Assembly (NCBI GenBank): GCA_039177115.1
Contig: JBCDFZ010000015.1
Coordinates: 10,193-74,192 of the forward strand
Source: Myxococcota bacterium
Lineage (GTDB): Bacteria; Myxococcota_A; Polyangia; Polyangiales; Houyiibacteriaceae
Direction: 5' to 3'
Length of the DNA stretch: 64,000 bases
Part shown: positions 50,166 to 58,537 of the stretch, piece by piece
Layout: each line of letters opens with the position of its first letter
Position numbering within the stretch: the first letter of the stretch is position 1
The notes under the pieces: model-generated
The model's database searches: none
What the model was told of the DNA's origin: nothing
What the model saw: the letters and a program-made list of their open reading frames with translations, nothing else
Program-made: the position numbers and the translations under genes

Positions 50166-50266
50166 GGGGCTCCATCGACGACGGCGAGCCGGTGACTCGC
50201 ACGCTGTCGATCCCCAGCGGACTGCGAGGCATCGCACAGAGGGGTCGCTATCTGGCGCAAGACGTG

Positions 50267-50374
50267 CACGTTGGCAGACGGGCGTTGACCGAGAACCGGG
50301 GATCCGGTTTCATCGAGGTTCCTTGGTATGGCGTCTCGATCCTCGCCTTCCCTCTGTCGTGCTCTCTCGATTCG
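50267..50374 (+). repeat. island repeat copy E (diverged; contains a ~60-nt insert)
   Basis: cacgTTGGCAGACGGGcg and, further on, cgccttccctctgtcgtgctctctcgattcg align to copies A and B (cgccttcccctcgagagcttctctaatctcgg). It ends 12 nt before ATG 50386. Confidence 0.45.
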
Positions 50375-50385
50375 ATTGTCTTGTC

Positions 50386-50970
50386 ATGAACCTTAGAACC
50401 TGCCTTGGTTTGCTTCTCCTGCTGCCGCTCTCCTTCGCCTGCGACGACAACCGTGCCTGTGTCGATTCGACCGAGTGTGAGGACGGTTCGGCGTGCGTGT
50501 CTTCCGTGGTGTTGGGCACATGCCTCCCGCTCTGCGACTCCCAGTCGGCTTGCGAAGGAGCAGACTTCTGTCTGCCTCGAGTCGAAGAGGCTCCCACGGT
50601 CGTACTCGAGTGGCCCGACGTGTGCGTCCCACCCGAGATGCTGGACTTCAATGAGCCGCCCACCGGTTGTGACGCGCGGGGGGTGGACGACTGCGACGTG
50701 GACGGCGAGTGTTCTCTCGGCAGGGGCTGGCGCATCGACCGTACGGAACGATGCCTGGAACGTGTCGGTGCTGGGTGTCTCCCCCTGAACACGGCCTGCG
50801 CTGACGGCACTGTTCTCACTCACAATACAGAAGGGGAGCTCATCTGGTTCAGCTCCCGATGCGGACCCTACGGCTTTGCGCCCCTCGATGATCTAGCACC
50901 GGGTGATCCGCTCTACGAAGAGCTGTATGGCGGGGAAGTGAGTTTTCAGACTTGGCCGGAGTGCGAGTGA
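50386..50970 (+). CDS. Cys-rich lipoprotein
   Basis: ATG 50386 lies inside track ORF 50323..50970. The lipobox is LSFAC. There are ~20 Cys in 195 aa. Confidence 0.6.
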   Translation: MNLRTCLGLLLLLPLSFACDDNRACVDSTECEDGSACVSSVVLGTCLPLCDSQSACEGADFCLPRVEEAPTVVLEWPDVCVPPEMLDFNEPPTGCDARGVDDCDVDGECSLGRGWRIDRTERCLERVGAGCLPLNTACADGTVLTHNTEGELIWFSSRCGPYGFAPLDDLAPGDPLYEELYGGEVSFQTWPECE

Positions 50971-51107
50971 GACCGGGAGACGGAGGGCTCTCCGCCAAGA
51001 GCCGGAACGCTCACCGCTCGAGCCAAACTCGTGGGGGTGCTGCCGAAAGACCTGAAATGCGCCGGCGATCCCCGTCGAGTCCCATTCCTGTTTACTATGC
51101 TCACAGC

Positions 51108-51521
51108 ATGAAGTGGATCTTTTGCCTGGTGTTGCTTGTCACCACGATGTCGGCATCGGCGCAAGACCCGACTGCTGCAACCAACGAGCTTCCACCTGCG
51201 ACTCTCGAAGAGCACGAGGCACAGCAGAGGAATCGATTGCTCGCGTATCCGCCTCGTTGTGAGGCGTTCGTGTCGAGGGCAGCGCCGCTTGCAGGTGTCA
51301 TCGTTGGCCCGACCCTCTCTTTGGCGGGGACGGGTGTCGCCTTGTTTGGAAGTGGCGAACGAGCGGACGGTTCCTTGACGGGCAAGGGAAAAGGGCTAGT
51401 CGCCGCGGGCTCGCTCATGGCAGTAACGGGGTTGATCGTCGCTGTGGTCAGCGGAGACAAACTCAAGGAAAGAAACCAGGCCAGGCGCAAGCAGACGTTC
51501 TCTGGCTGCCCACCTTACTAA
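51108..51521 (+). CDS. secreted/membrane-anchored hypothetical protein
   Basis: ATG 51108 lies inside track ORF 50952..51521. It has a signal peptide (MKWIFCLVLLVTTMSASA) and Gly/Ala-rich hydrophobic segments. Confidence 0.5.
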   Translation: MKWIFCLVLLVTTMSASAQDPTAATNELPPATLEEHEAQQRNRLLAYPPRCEAFVSRAAPLAGVIVGPTLSLAGTGVALFGSGERADGSLTGKGKGLVAAGSLMAVTGLIVAVVSGDKLKERNQARRKQTFSGCPPY

Positions 51522-51524
51522 GAG

Positions 51525-51667
51525 CTATCGACGGCTCCCGGAGCGCGGTTGGACTGGCGCCACCCCCGGCACCTCACTCACCCGAACCAATCGGTGGGAA
51601 GGTCCCGCGCGCGCGAAACGCTATCGAGTGGCCCTACCGTCGAGCGCAGCATGCTCGGACAGGTTGC
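51525..51667 (+). repeat. island repeat copy D (degenerate hairpin + conserved block + motif variant)
   Basis: ggcgccacccccggcacctcactcacccgaacc aligns to ttccgccaccccaggcacctcgctcactcgaaccc of copies B and C. tgCTCGGACAGGTTGC (51652-51667) matches ttGTCGGACAGGTTGC at 53879. Confidence 0.5.
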
Positions 51668-51832
51668 TGTCTGCCTCGCTGGCGGAAGCCCCAACCCAAT
51701 GAACGGACCCAAGCCAGGGTTCCAGACCATGAACATCGGTGTTACCGTTAATCAGTACTTGCGTTACCAAGACCACAAGACTCAACACTACTACTCGATG
51801 CCCATATCGGTGACCCTCGTCCTGGTAAAGCA

Positions 51833-52312
51833 GTGAAGCGCCGTCTCGTTTCCTTCTGCGTAGTTTCCGCGTTGCTTGCGAATGCATGCGGGGACTCCTC
51901 CGACGGCCCTGTTGTCCTCGCTGTGACCGACGAGGACTGCAGGGCGCTGCCTCCTGAGGAATGTCAACTCAGCAGCCTGTTCCTCTTCTACAAGACGGGC
52001 TTCTGGCCTGCGGATGACGCAGAACGCGACGGGTTTGCTTGCCAACTTACGCAAGGCTTCTTGTACAATCCAGAGGAGGATTGCGTGGACGAGCGTACGG
52101 TCAGTGAACCAGTGTGCCAACTCGACGTGTTCTCTGGTACGTACTCAATCTATAGGGGCCCAGACGGAAGACTCTGGGAGTTTGGTCCCCCGATGAAGAC
52201 GCCGCCGGTCGAAGGATGGACTTTCCACGCACTGCCCGACAGCGTCCGACCCGACCGACTCGCCATTTACCCAAACCCTCGATGTGCTCAGTACGGCGTC
52301 CCGCTGAGGTGA
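51833..52312 (+). CDS. lipoprotein, unknown function
   Basis: GTG start. The lipobox is LLANAC. 159 aa with 8 Cys. Confidence 0.55.
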   Translation: MKRRLVSFCVVSALLANACGDSSDGPVVLAVTDEDCRALPPEECQLSSLFLFYKTGFWPADDAERDGFACQLTQGFLYNPEEDCVDERTVSEPVCQLDVFSGTYSIYRGPDGRLWEFGPPMKTPPVEGWTFHALPDSVRPDRLAIYPNPRCAQYGVPLR

Positions 52313-52434
52313 GCGCGTAGAGCTCAACAAGACAGTGGTACGCTCGCGCGGGTATGAGTGAGAGCACGACCGGTTCGGCCAGGCCGGTAAAATGAATAAC
52401 GTATGGGCTTGCGGGGGTCGTTGTAGCCGGGTGG

Positions 52435-52722
52435 TTGGGGCTGCTCTCGTTGTACTTTCGTGGTGCTTTGATTTGGGGCCACTTGCCTCGAGGCGGCCGG
52501 GAGGACCCTAAGGATGTGGGAGAGGGCCTGCACTACACGCTGGCCGGTTACTCGGCTGCAACTATGGCGATCGGAACGCTTGTAATCTTCGCAGTCCTCG
52601 CCGCTTTCGCGGCGCTGGAACACAAGGGCGCACAGTCCGCAAAGATCGCAGCGTTTTTGTTGGCCGTCCTATCCGTCGCGGCGACGTTCGGGAGCCCAGT
52701 CGTGGGTTGGTACTTGGATTGA
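52435..52722 (+). CDS. small 2-TM membrane protein (start uncertain)
   Basis: 95-aa track ORF with a TTG start; an alternative start is ATG 52564. Two clear hydrophobic helices are present (MAIGTLVIFAVLAAFAAL, IAAFLLAVLSVAATFG). Confidence 0.4.
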   Translation: MGLLSLYFRGALIWGHLPRGGREDPKDVGEGLHYTLAGYSAATMAIGTLVIFAVLAAFAALEHKGAQSAKIAAFLLAVLSVAATFGSPVVGWYLD

Positions 52723-52842
52723 TGCGATAGGACGACGCATAGAGCCCCTCGTCGCGCCGACGAGAAGGACCGGTCGTGGCGCCTTCGACCGCCGACAAGC
52801 TCGATGGCCCGAGAGAATGCCTGGGCCCGTCGCGGGGACCGT

Positions 52843-53316
52843 TCACGATTCTGGCTGGATGCCTGAAAGAAGGCGACTCAGTCGTCCCACGTGTACCCAT
52901 CGCGATGGAATCGGATTGTCCCAAAGGAACACGAACACAGGGGGATCGCCGTCTTCATTGAGATCTATCGCCACGAGCACGTCATCTCCGGGCATTACGG
53001 ATCCTCCGATGAACAGGGCATCGTCAAAGACCAGGCGCGTATCATCGGAACCATTGAGGTCGTCGACAGTGCGGACCATGCAGAACGCGGCGTCAGCGAT
53101 CCAGCCGGCCACGTCGACCTGCCTAGCCACGGACCGCATACTCTTGAGGTCCTTGAACAGTCTCAGATCGTCCAACTCAGGAATGCGGAACAGCGATCGC
53201 AGAGCGTCCGGACCTGGGTTCCTCCACTCCCCTGATTCGATGGCTTGACGTAGCTGCTTTGGAACTCTGCTTCCCATCCGGTTGAACGCCGCTTTCGCCC
53301 TCGTCATTGCCACCAT
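52843..53316 (-). CDS. SUKH/SMI1-KNR4-like protein (putative immunity-type protein)
   Basis: 157-aa ORF. Its overall pattern resembles SMI1/KNR4 (SUKH) proteins: ...DDALFIGGSVMPGDDVLVAIDLNEDGDPPVFVFLWDNPIPSRWVHVGRLSRLL. This is judged by eye only. Confidence 0.45.
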   Translation of the reverse strand: MVAMTRAKAAFNRMGSRVPKQLRQAIESGEWRNPGPDALRSLFRIPELDDLRLFKDLKSMRSVARQVDVAGWIADAAFCMVRTVDDLNGSDDTRLVFDDALFIGGSVMPGDDVLVAIDLNEDGDPPVFVFLWDNPIPSRWVHVGRLSRLLSGIQPES

Positions 53317-53326
53317 ACCACGGGCA

Positions 53327-53405
53327 ACGCAGAACCCATGTTGCCAGACGGGCCCCGCGCCTTCCCCTCGAGAGCTTCTCTAATCTCGGCCCTTGGGGCC
53401 GGCAT
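53327..53405 (+). repeat. island repeat copy A (motif + imperfect hairpin, truncated)
   Basis: acgcagaacccatgTTGCCAGACGGGccccgcgccttcccctcgagagcttctctaatctcggcccttggggccggcatt aligns base-for-base with the left part of copy B. Confidence 0.6.
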
Positions 53406-53466
53406 TTTGTAACGGGAGGCCAACGCACAAGTTCGCTTGCTCGGACCGTGACCCTACGTTTCGAGA

Positions 53467-53865
53467 ATGGCGCGGGATCCACAACGGTACCTTCTCATGC
53501 CGAGTGTGACGATATGTGCGCTGGTCAGCTTCCTCGTGTGGGTGAACGCTTGGGAGTGGCTAGTTTCTCCGCCAGCGGAGGGGCGCCCTTTCACGATCCT
53601 GATCTGCGGGGCTTTCTGGGGCGGTCTTGCGTCAGCCCCGGGCTATATACGCGGCGCAAGACTGGTGGCCACGAACCGAGCTGCGAACGCCGCCGAGCGC
53701 GCCTGGGTGCTTTCGAGCGTAAGCGCGGCGCTACTGGTCTGCTTGGTCGGCGGCATCATGACACTGACTACGATTGTCTTCGGGTTCTTGGGACTGGCTT
53801 CGGCAGGTTCGGCGACGCGACTGCTCGTGGATCTCCTACGGGCTCAGCGGTCCGCCAGCGGGTGA
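53467..53865 (+). CDS. small 4-TM membrane protein
   Basis: 132-aa ORF with four hydrophobic segments. Confidence 0.55.
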   Translation: MARDPQRYLLMPSVTICALVSFLVWVNAWEWLVSPPAEGRPFTILICGAFWGGLASAPGYIRGARLVATNRAANAAERAWVLSSVSAALLVCLVGGIMTLTTIVFGFLGLASAGSATRLLVDLLRAQRSASG

Positions 53866-53915
53866 CGTCCAATACCCCTTGTCGGACAGGTTGCGATATC
53901 CGAGCATCGTCCGAG

Positions 53916-54338
53916 ATGGGCTGGGATCGGCTTCTGACGCTCGCGTACGTCGCATTGGCCGTGGCGATTGTCGCGAGCTTGACCGCATCGATCTGGACGA
54001 CGCTGTGGTGCCGTCGAAACCGACCGCTTCCGACAACGGTCCGCGTGGCTGTCGCGCTGTCAGCTCTCGGAGCCCTTCCGGGACTAGGGTTCGCTGTCTA
54101 CGCTGCCGTGGGTTGCATCCGGTGGGCGGCGGGATCCGCGGTCGAACCCGTGTACGACAGCCCGACCACTCCGATTGCCGTCCTTTGGCTATTCGTCGGA
54201 CCGTTCCTCTTGGTGACGGGGTGGGCACTGAACCACAGCGCAGGCGCACCGCCCGGCGGTGGTTGGGTTCACGCGAGCCACGCGGCCGTTTGTCTCTCTG
54301 GCGGCTTGGCGGCATTGATTGCGGCGCTGTTCGTCTAA
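53916..54338 (+). CDS. small 4-TM membrane protein
   Basis: ATG 53916 is the tail of track ORF 53307..54338. 140 aa with four hydrophobic segments. Confidence 0.55.
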   Translation: MGWDRLLTLAYVALAVAIVASLTASIWTTLWCRRNRPLPTTVRVAVALSALGALPGLGFAVYAAVGCIRWAAGSAVEPVYDSPTTPIAVLWLFVGPFLLVTGWALNHSAGAPPGGGWVHASHAAVCLSGGLAALIAALFV

Positions 54339-54379
54339 CGCACGTTGACTGTCGGAGGAGTTTCCCTAGTCGGGCAGTC

Positions 54380-54709
54380 CTACTCGTATGCTCGGCCCAC
54401 ATGGGCCACGACGTCGTCAGCATTGTACAGCACGTCCGCCATTGGAAACCCGACGAAGTGATATGTCACGCAGGTTCCCGCAGGTCTCTCAGCTGTGATG
54501 GGCCGGCAGACGGAATCTGAGGTCGATGGCAAGCAGGACTCGACCCCTTCGCGTTGCAGAGTCTGCGAGGGGTGGGAGCCGAGGCAGCGTTCCCACTCGT
54601 GACCGAGAAACACGTACAGGCCATGCCCGACCACGACGCAGAGGGCGAGGGTCATCCCCGCGATGACCGCGCCCCGGGTCGCTAGCCGTAGCAGTGCTCG
54701 ATTTCGCAT
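54380..54709 (-). CDS. small N-terminally anchored protein
   Basis: 109-aa ORF with one TM helix (GAVIAGMTLALCVVVGHGLYVFL), followed by a Cys-containing soluble part. Confidence 0.4.
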   Translation of the reverse strand: MRNRALLRLATRGAVIAGMTLALCVVVGHGLYVFLGHEWERCLGSHPSQTLQREGVESCLPSTSDSVCRPITAERPAGTCVTYHFVGFPMADVLYNADDVVAHVGRAYE

Positions 54710-54920
54710 ATCGGAAATTTACCCAGGCTTCACCGTACCACCTCCGATGCGGAAAGCTGATCGGTGTGACCGCGAGTCCGTTCGCCGGACGACGCCGGTC
54801 GCCTGGCGGGATCGGGTGAGCGTCGCCGAACCCATCGAAAACGCATGCCGTGTCCGCTATCTCCGACGACGGCAACAGTTCCACTCCGGAGTACTTAGGA
54901 TCGTACTCCAGACTCAGCGG

Positions 54921-55092
54921 ACGCAGAACCCGTGTCTCAGACGGACCCCCGCCTTCCGCCCGAGGGCTTCTCTAATCTCGGCCCCTGGGGCCGAGATTAG
55001 CCTTCCGCCACCCCAGGCACCTCGCTCACTCGAACCCGTCCGTGCCGCTTCCACCCGATGCTCGCGAGCCAAGTCCCTGGCAGCACACTCGG
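54921..55092 (+). repeat. island repeat copy B (motif variant + perfect hairpin + 63-bp block identical to copy C)
   Basis: The hairpin is AATCTCGGCC-cctgg-GGCCGAGATT (54974-54998). Nt 54996-55058 are identical to 58609-58671, and similarity continues to ~55092 and ~58705. Confidence 0.8.
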
Positions 55093-55142
55093 ACGTCGTC
55101 GTCGGCATAGCGCCACAGCAGTCAATTTGGCAGATTCCGCCC

Positions 55143-55604
55143 ATGGTCCCCGATCGTTCGCCAGAACAGCGCGTGCCCATCAGGAACGGAGCCTTACGCG
55201 ACGTGGACGCGCTTCTCGCGCTAGATTCGGTTGCCCGGATGGATGCACAACGCCGGACGCAGATTCGTAAATGGATCAGCGAAGGTCAGACGCTCGTCGC
55301 GCATCATGATGGGCGAATCGTCGGCTATGGAGTCGTCGAGCATTCATTCTTTGGGCGAGCATTCATCGCGATGCTGTATGTCGACCCCAGCGAGCGTCGG
55401 CGGGGGCTAGGCACGAGAATCGTGGAGCATCTGGAGCAGCGGGCAGAGAGCCCACGGGTATTCACCTCAACGAATCAATCGAACGTACCCATGCAACGAC
55501 TACTCGAGCGCATCGGTTACGAACGGTCTGGAAGTATCGAGAACTTGGATCCGGGCGCCCCTGAGTTGGTGTATTCGAAGCCCAAGGTGATTCGGTCGGA
55601 GTAG
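55143..55604 (+). CDS. GNAT family N-acetyltransferase
   Basis: ATG 55143 lies inside track ORF 54663..55604. The acetyl-CoA-binding motif is LYVDPSERRRGLGTRIVEHLEQRA (Q/RxxGxG/A). Confidence 0.8.
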   Translation: MVPDRSPEQRVPIRNGALRDVDALLALDSVARMDAQRRTQIRKWISEGQTLVAHHDGRIVGYGVVEHSFFGRAFIAMLYVDPSERRRGLGTRIVEHLEQRAESPRVFTSTNQSNVPMQRLLERIGYERSGSIENLDPGAPELVYSKPKVIRSE

Positions 55605-55956
55605 CTCGCGACTAGGACTGGCCGAGTCGCTCAAATCCCTCTGCCGGACCGACGATTGGCCTTGAGCCCCCTCGCGTTCGATTCCCTTGGGTCCGGCATG
55701 GCCGCTCCCCAACGCCTCCTAGGCGAGAGTCGAACAGTCCGAGACCGAAAGATCTGGCCGCCACCCTTCGCTGGGGCAACGTGGTCTGCATGTTGATGGA
55801 GCGGGGCGTTCAAGGACGGTTGTCGGACGGGCGAGCCGAACAATCGAGGAGCTGCAGCGCGAGGTGCAATGCCTCTGCGGGATGTACATCGCGGCTGTTC
55901 TTGAGGCCGAGCTTCGGCTTTGGCTCCGGTTCGACGCGGAGCAGCGTCGCGGTCGC

Positions 55957-56811
55957 CTATGGCACGGTTTCGTAGTTTTCGCCCAGCCCCTGATAGGGAC
56001 CCTGACCGACGTCGATCTGCAAGGGTGTCCGAACGGTCAGGCCGGCGCTTGTTTCGACTCGAAGGGAAGTGGTGCCAGGCTTTACGGGCCAGACGAAGGG
56101 TGTCTTGCCTTCGTGACGCTCCGGTTCGACATTCCAGAACGAATCCGATGTCATTTTCGGCGGGCCAATCAACTCGATGAACTCCGCAGGTCCTGGGGCT
56201 TCGAGCGTCCACACCAAATGTGTGAGGATCTCTTTGCCTTCGGCATCGGATAGGCGGAGCTCGAACATGGCAGCGATAACACCGACGCTTCCTGGCTCGC
56301 GAAGCACGGCCGTATCTCCGAATCGGTCTTCGGGGATCACGATCGCGTCGTCGGCGATCCAAGGACGATAGGCTAGTGCGACCGATACGGGTGCAGCGAC
56401 GTGAACCGGAAACCGCCGGACCGCCCCTGCGTCCGCCGTGATGATCAGCTCGGCCTCTCCTTCCGCCATCGCTCGCATCGTGAACCAGGTGTCGTAGTCC
56501 GTCTCGCCCCCACTCTGTCCAACATCACGTTCTTCGATCGATTCGAGTTGGAGAATCGTCTGGTCGCTCGATTCCAAGGTCACCGAGCCGACGACGACTT
56601 TGGCCAGCACGAACCCGCCGAGCTCCAACGTCGGCGGCTCCAGTTCCGAAGACCATTGACCAATCGTCTCGCCTCTGCGATCGAGCACTTTGACCACTTG
56701 CCCCCACGTTCCGTCGGGGAGCCCCCCATCGGGCGGCGAGCTTGGCTCATCGTCGCAGCCGACGAGAGTCAGGTTCCACAACAAGACCCAACACACTACG
56801 ACCTGTCGCAT
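55957..56811 (-). CDS. lipoprotein, unknown function
   Basis: ATG 56811 is preceded by GAGAGAGG. The lipobox is LTLVGC. 284 aa, likely beta-rich. Confidence 0.6.
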   Translation of the reverse strand: MRQVVVCWVLLWNLTLVGCDDEPSSPPDGGLPDGTWGQVVKVLDRRGETIGQWSSELEPPTLELGGFVLAKVVVGSVTLESSDQTILQLESIEERDVGQSGGETDYDTWFTMRAMAEGEAELIITADAGAVRRFPVHVAAPVSVALAYRPWIADDAIVIPEDRFGDTAVLREPGSVGVIAAMFELRLSDAEGKEILTHLVWTLEAPGPAEFIELIGPPKMTSDSFWNVEPERHEGKTPFVWPVKPGTTSLRVETSAGLTVRTPLQIDVGQGPYQGLGENYETVP

Positions 56812-57186
56812 GGCACACCTCTCTCTAAGAAAAGACTTGGCAAGAAACAAAGCAAAGAATGGGCCAGCCGCCGACCCCGGACAAACGCTCGGCAAAGCGG
56901 CGCGCCGCAAGGCGACTCGAGATAGTCCTCCTCGGGGAAGTTCGGCGCGTACGCGAGCACATAGCTGAGGAACTCATTCAACCTCTGACCATCCTGGATC
57001 CAGTCGGGCATCCGCGCCTCAAGGTACCACGGCAGCCCGCGAACCTGAGTAGACCACGCTCGTGCAGCTAGCCGACTATGAGTGAGGTGTACAAGTTCCC
57101 CTTGTCGGACGCAGATGATGCGACGCCCCGCCATCGACAACCCACAGCGCTCGCGGGAATGGCCCTCGCCAGCAACGATTCGTGAC

Positions 57187-57588
57187 ATGAGCACGTTGCC
57201 GCGCCGCCGACTCGCCCGTCCTCGGTTGGACGCGACCGAGGACGAAACCCTCTCATTCGCCCGCGAGTGGGTCGCGCTGGCAGCCGAGCAAGGCTTCGAG
57301 GTGGCCATCTCAGAGTTCGATGAGAATCGCGAGGTCGCGTGGTCACAGGAGTTGTTCGAGGAACTCACGTTTGACCACTTTGACGATGGGCGTCAGCCCC
57401 GAATCACGGCGCCGAACGCAGTTGCGGGGCTTCGCGTCGATGCCTTCGAATACAACGATGGCTCCGGTTTCGCTGTTGACGATGACCTTGCGCTTGATGA
57501 CAAGCGCTCGGACTACACGGCTCAGTTCGATTTCAGGAAGGCCGCAGATGGGTATCGAACCGTCCTCGAAAGCATCCACGTGCTCTGA
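57187..57588 (+). CDS. acidic cytoplasmic hypothetical protein
   Basis: ATG 57187 lies inside track ORF 57082..57588. Third-codon-position GC is high. 133 aa, Asp/Glu/Phe-rich, with no signal peptide or TM helix. Confidence 0.5.
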   Translation: MSTLPRRRLARPRLDATEDETLSFAREWVALAAEQGFEVAISEFDENREVAWSQELFEELTFDHFDDGRQPRITAPNAVAGLRVDAFEYNDGSGFAVDDDLALDDKRSDYTAQFDFRKAADGYRTVLESIHVL

Positions 57589-57656
57589 ATCCGACCAGAG
57601 TGTCCGCTAAATCCGCTTGTCGGACGCACAGGTCGCCCGGGGTCCACCGTCGCGAG

Positions 57657-58172
57657 CTACTTGGCGGGCGAGCCTCGCGGAGAAGCGGACAAAGCCACCT
57701 CCCTGACATCGTTCCGCAGAGCCCTCATCTGACTTGCCCTCGTCGCGATGGATAGGAGCGGGGAGAGCCGCTCGTCTATCACTACGGAGACAGAGGCGTA
57801 CCTCCACCATGGAAGGCCCTGCTCCAGCCGGCCCCTCGTCAACGAATACAGCAGGAACGCCGCGAACAGTTCAGAGGCGTCTTCGTCCGAGAGTTCGACG
57901 AGGTCGGCGAGTCTGACGCTGTATTCGTAGTCTTGCGTCCGCGGCTTGTCGCCAACCGCCGTCAACTTCAGTGAGTCGCGAGACCTCCGGTAGCTCAGAC
58001 CACTCCCGATCTTGAGCACTTGCGAATCCTCGGTATCGAGCAACACCGAGTACTCCTCGTCGATCCAAAGAACGAACTGGTATGCGCGTTCTCGCCCCAC
58101 CGCAGGTAAGAGGGCAATCGCGACAAACACCAGGGTCACGATGAGAACGGTAAACGCGAGGGTCAAAGACAT
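57657..58172 (-). CDS. N-terminally membrane-anchored hypothetical protein
   Basis: ATG 58172 (MSLTLAFTVLIVTLVFVAIALLP) lies 8 nt after the stop of the upstream 105-aa gene. Confidence 0.5.
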   Translation of the reverse strand: MSLTLAFTVLIVTLVFVAIALLPAVGRERAYQFVLWIDEEYSVLLDTEDSQVLKIGSGLSYRRSRDSLKLTAVGDKPRTQDYEYSVRLADLVELSDEDASELFAAFLLYSLTRGRLEQGLPWWRYASVSVVIDERLSPLLSIATRASQMRALRNDVREVALSASPRGSPAK

Positions 58173-58180
58173 GCTTCGCG

Positions 58181-58498
58181 CTACGGAACGAAGTGTCTGA
58201 GCACGAAGTAGAGCGCGAACATGGCGAGGATCGGGTAAAGCAGCGGCTTCCACCTGGCGTTCGGTAAACCTTCCATCTTGTCACGCAAGCTCGTGCTTCC
58301 CTTTGCGAGCCACATGAGGAGTGCTCCCTGCCACAGTGTCGCCGTGAAAAGCAGCAACTCAACGCGATCGAGCGGGAAGCCTTGGAGGCCCCAGGACACG
58401 AAAGCTGTGGCCCCGAGGACAAGGCAAACCCAAATGAAGAGCACCGCGATCGCTGGGAGAGGCGGATGGTCCGTGGGCTGCGTCATCGGCCCGAGCAT
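58181..58498 (-). CDS. small 3-4-TM membrane protein
   Basis: 105-aa ORF that is hydrophobic throughout. Confidence 0.5.
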   Translation of the reverse strand: MLGPMTQPTDHPPLPAIAVLFIWVCLVLGATAFVSWGLQGFPLDRVELLLFTATLWQGALLMWLAKGSTSLRDKMEGLPNARWKPLLYPILAMFALYFVLRHFVP

Positions 58499-58537
58499 AC
58501 CGGCATTCGGGACTGGTTGTCTTCGTAGCCGATCCGC

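Noticed and set aside
50213-50240. 12/13-nt match (GCGGACTGCGAGG vs the reverse complement of the GAF 3'-end segment GCCGACTGCGAAA) considered as the left att-like partner
   Set aside because: It is in inverted rather than direct orientation, the similarity does not extend, and a match of this length is plausible by chance in 64 kb of GC-rich DNA.
51549-51836. 95-aa plus-strand ORF in the 51.5-51.8 kb gap
   Set aside because: It is built largely from repeat copy D and an AT-rich stretch, and it has no start context or motifs.
54489-54884. 131-aa minus-strand ORF (GTG start) overlapping 54380..54709 in another frame
   Set aside because: Its first ~60 codons (54710-54884) look moderately coding-like, but the remainder is Arg-rich and conflicts with the TM-containing ORF. 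It could be a frameshifted remnant, and I cannot resolve this without homologs.
55631-56362. 243-aa minus-strand Arg-rich ORF
   Set aside because: It overlaps the lipoprotein gene in a different frame and a repeat-containing convergent spacer. More than 25% Arg is typical of an out-of-frame GC-rich reading.
56796-57368. 190-aa minus-strand ORF upstream of the lipoprotein gene
   Set aside because: Only ~33 codons (about 56915-57012, MPDWIQDGQRLNEFLSYVLAYAPNFPEEDYLE) show coding-like third-position GC. The rest is Arg/Cys-rich and overlaps the better-supported plus-strand gene 57187..57588. It is possibly a gene fragment and was not called.
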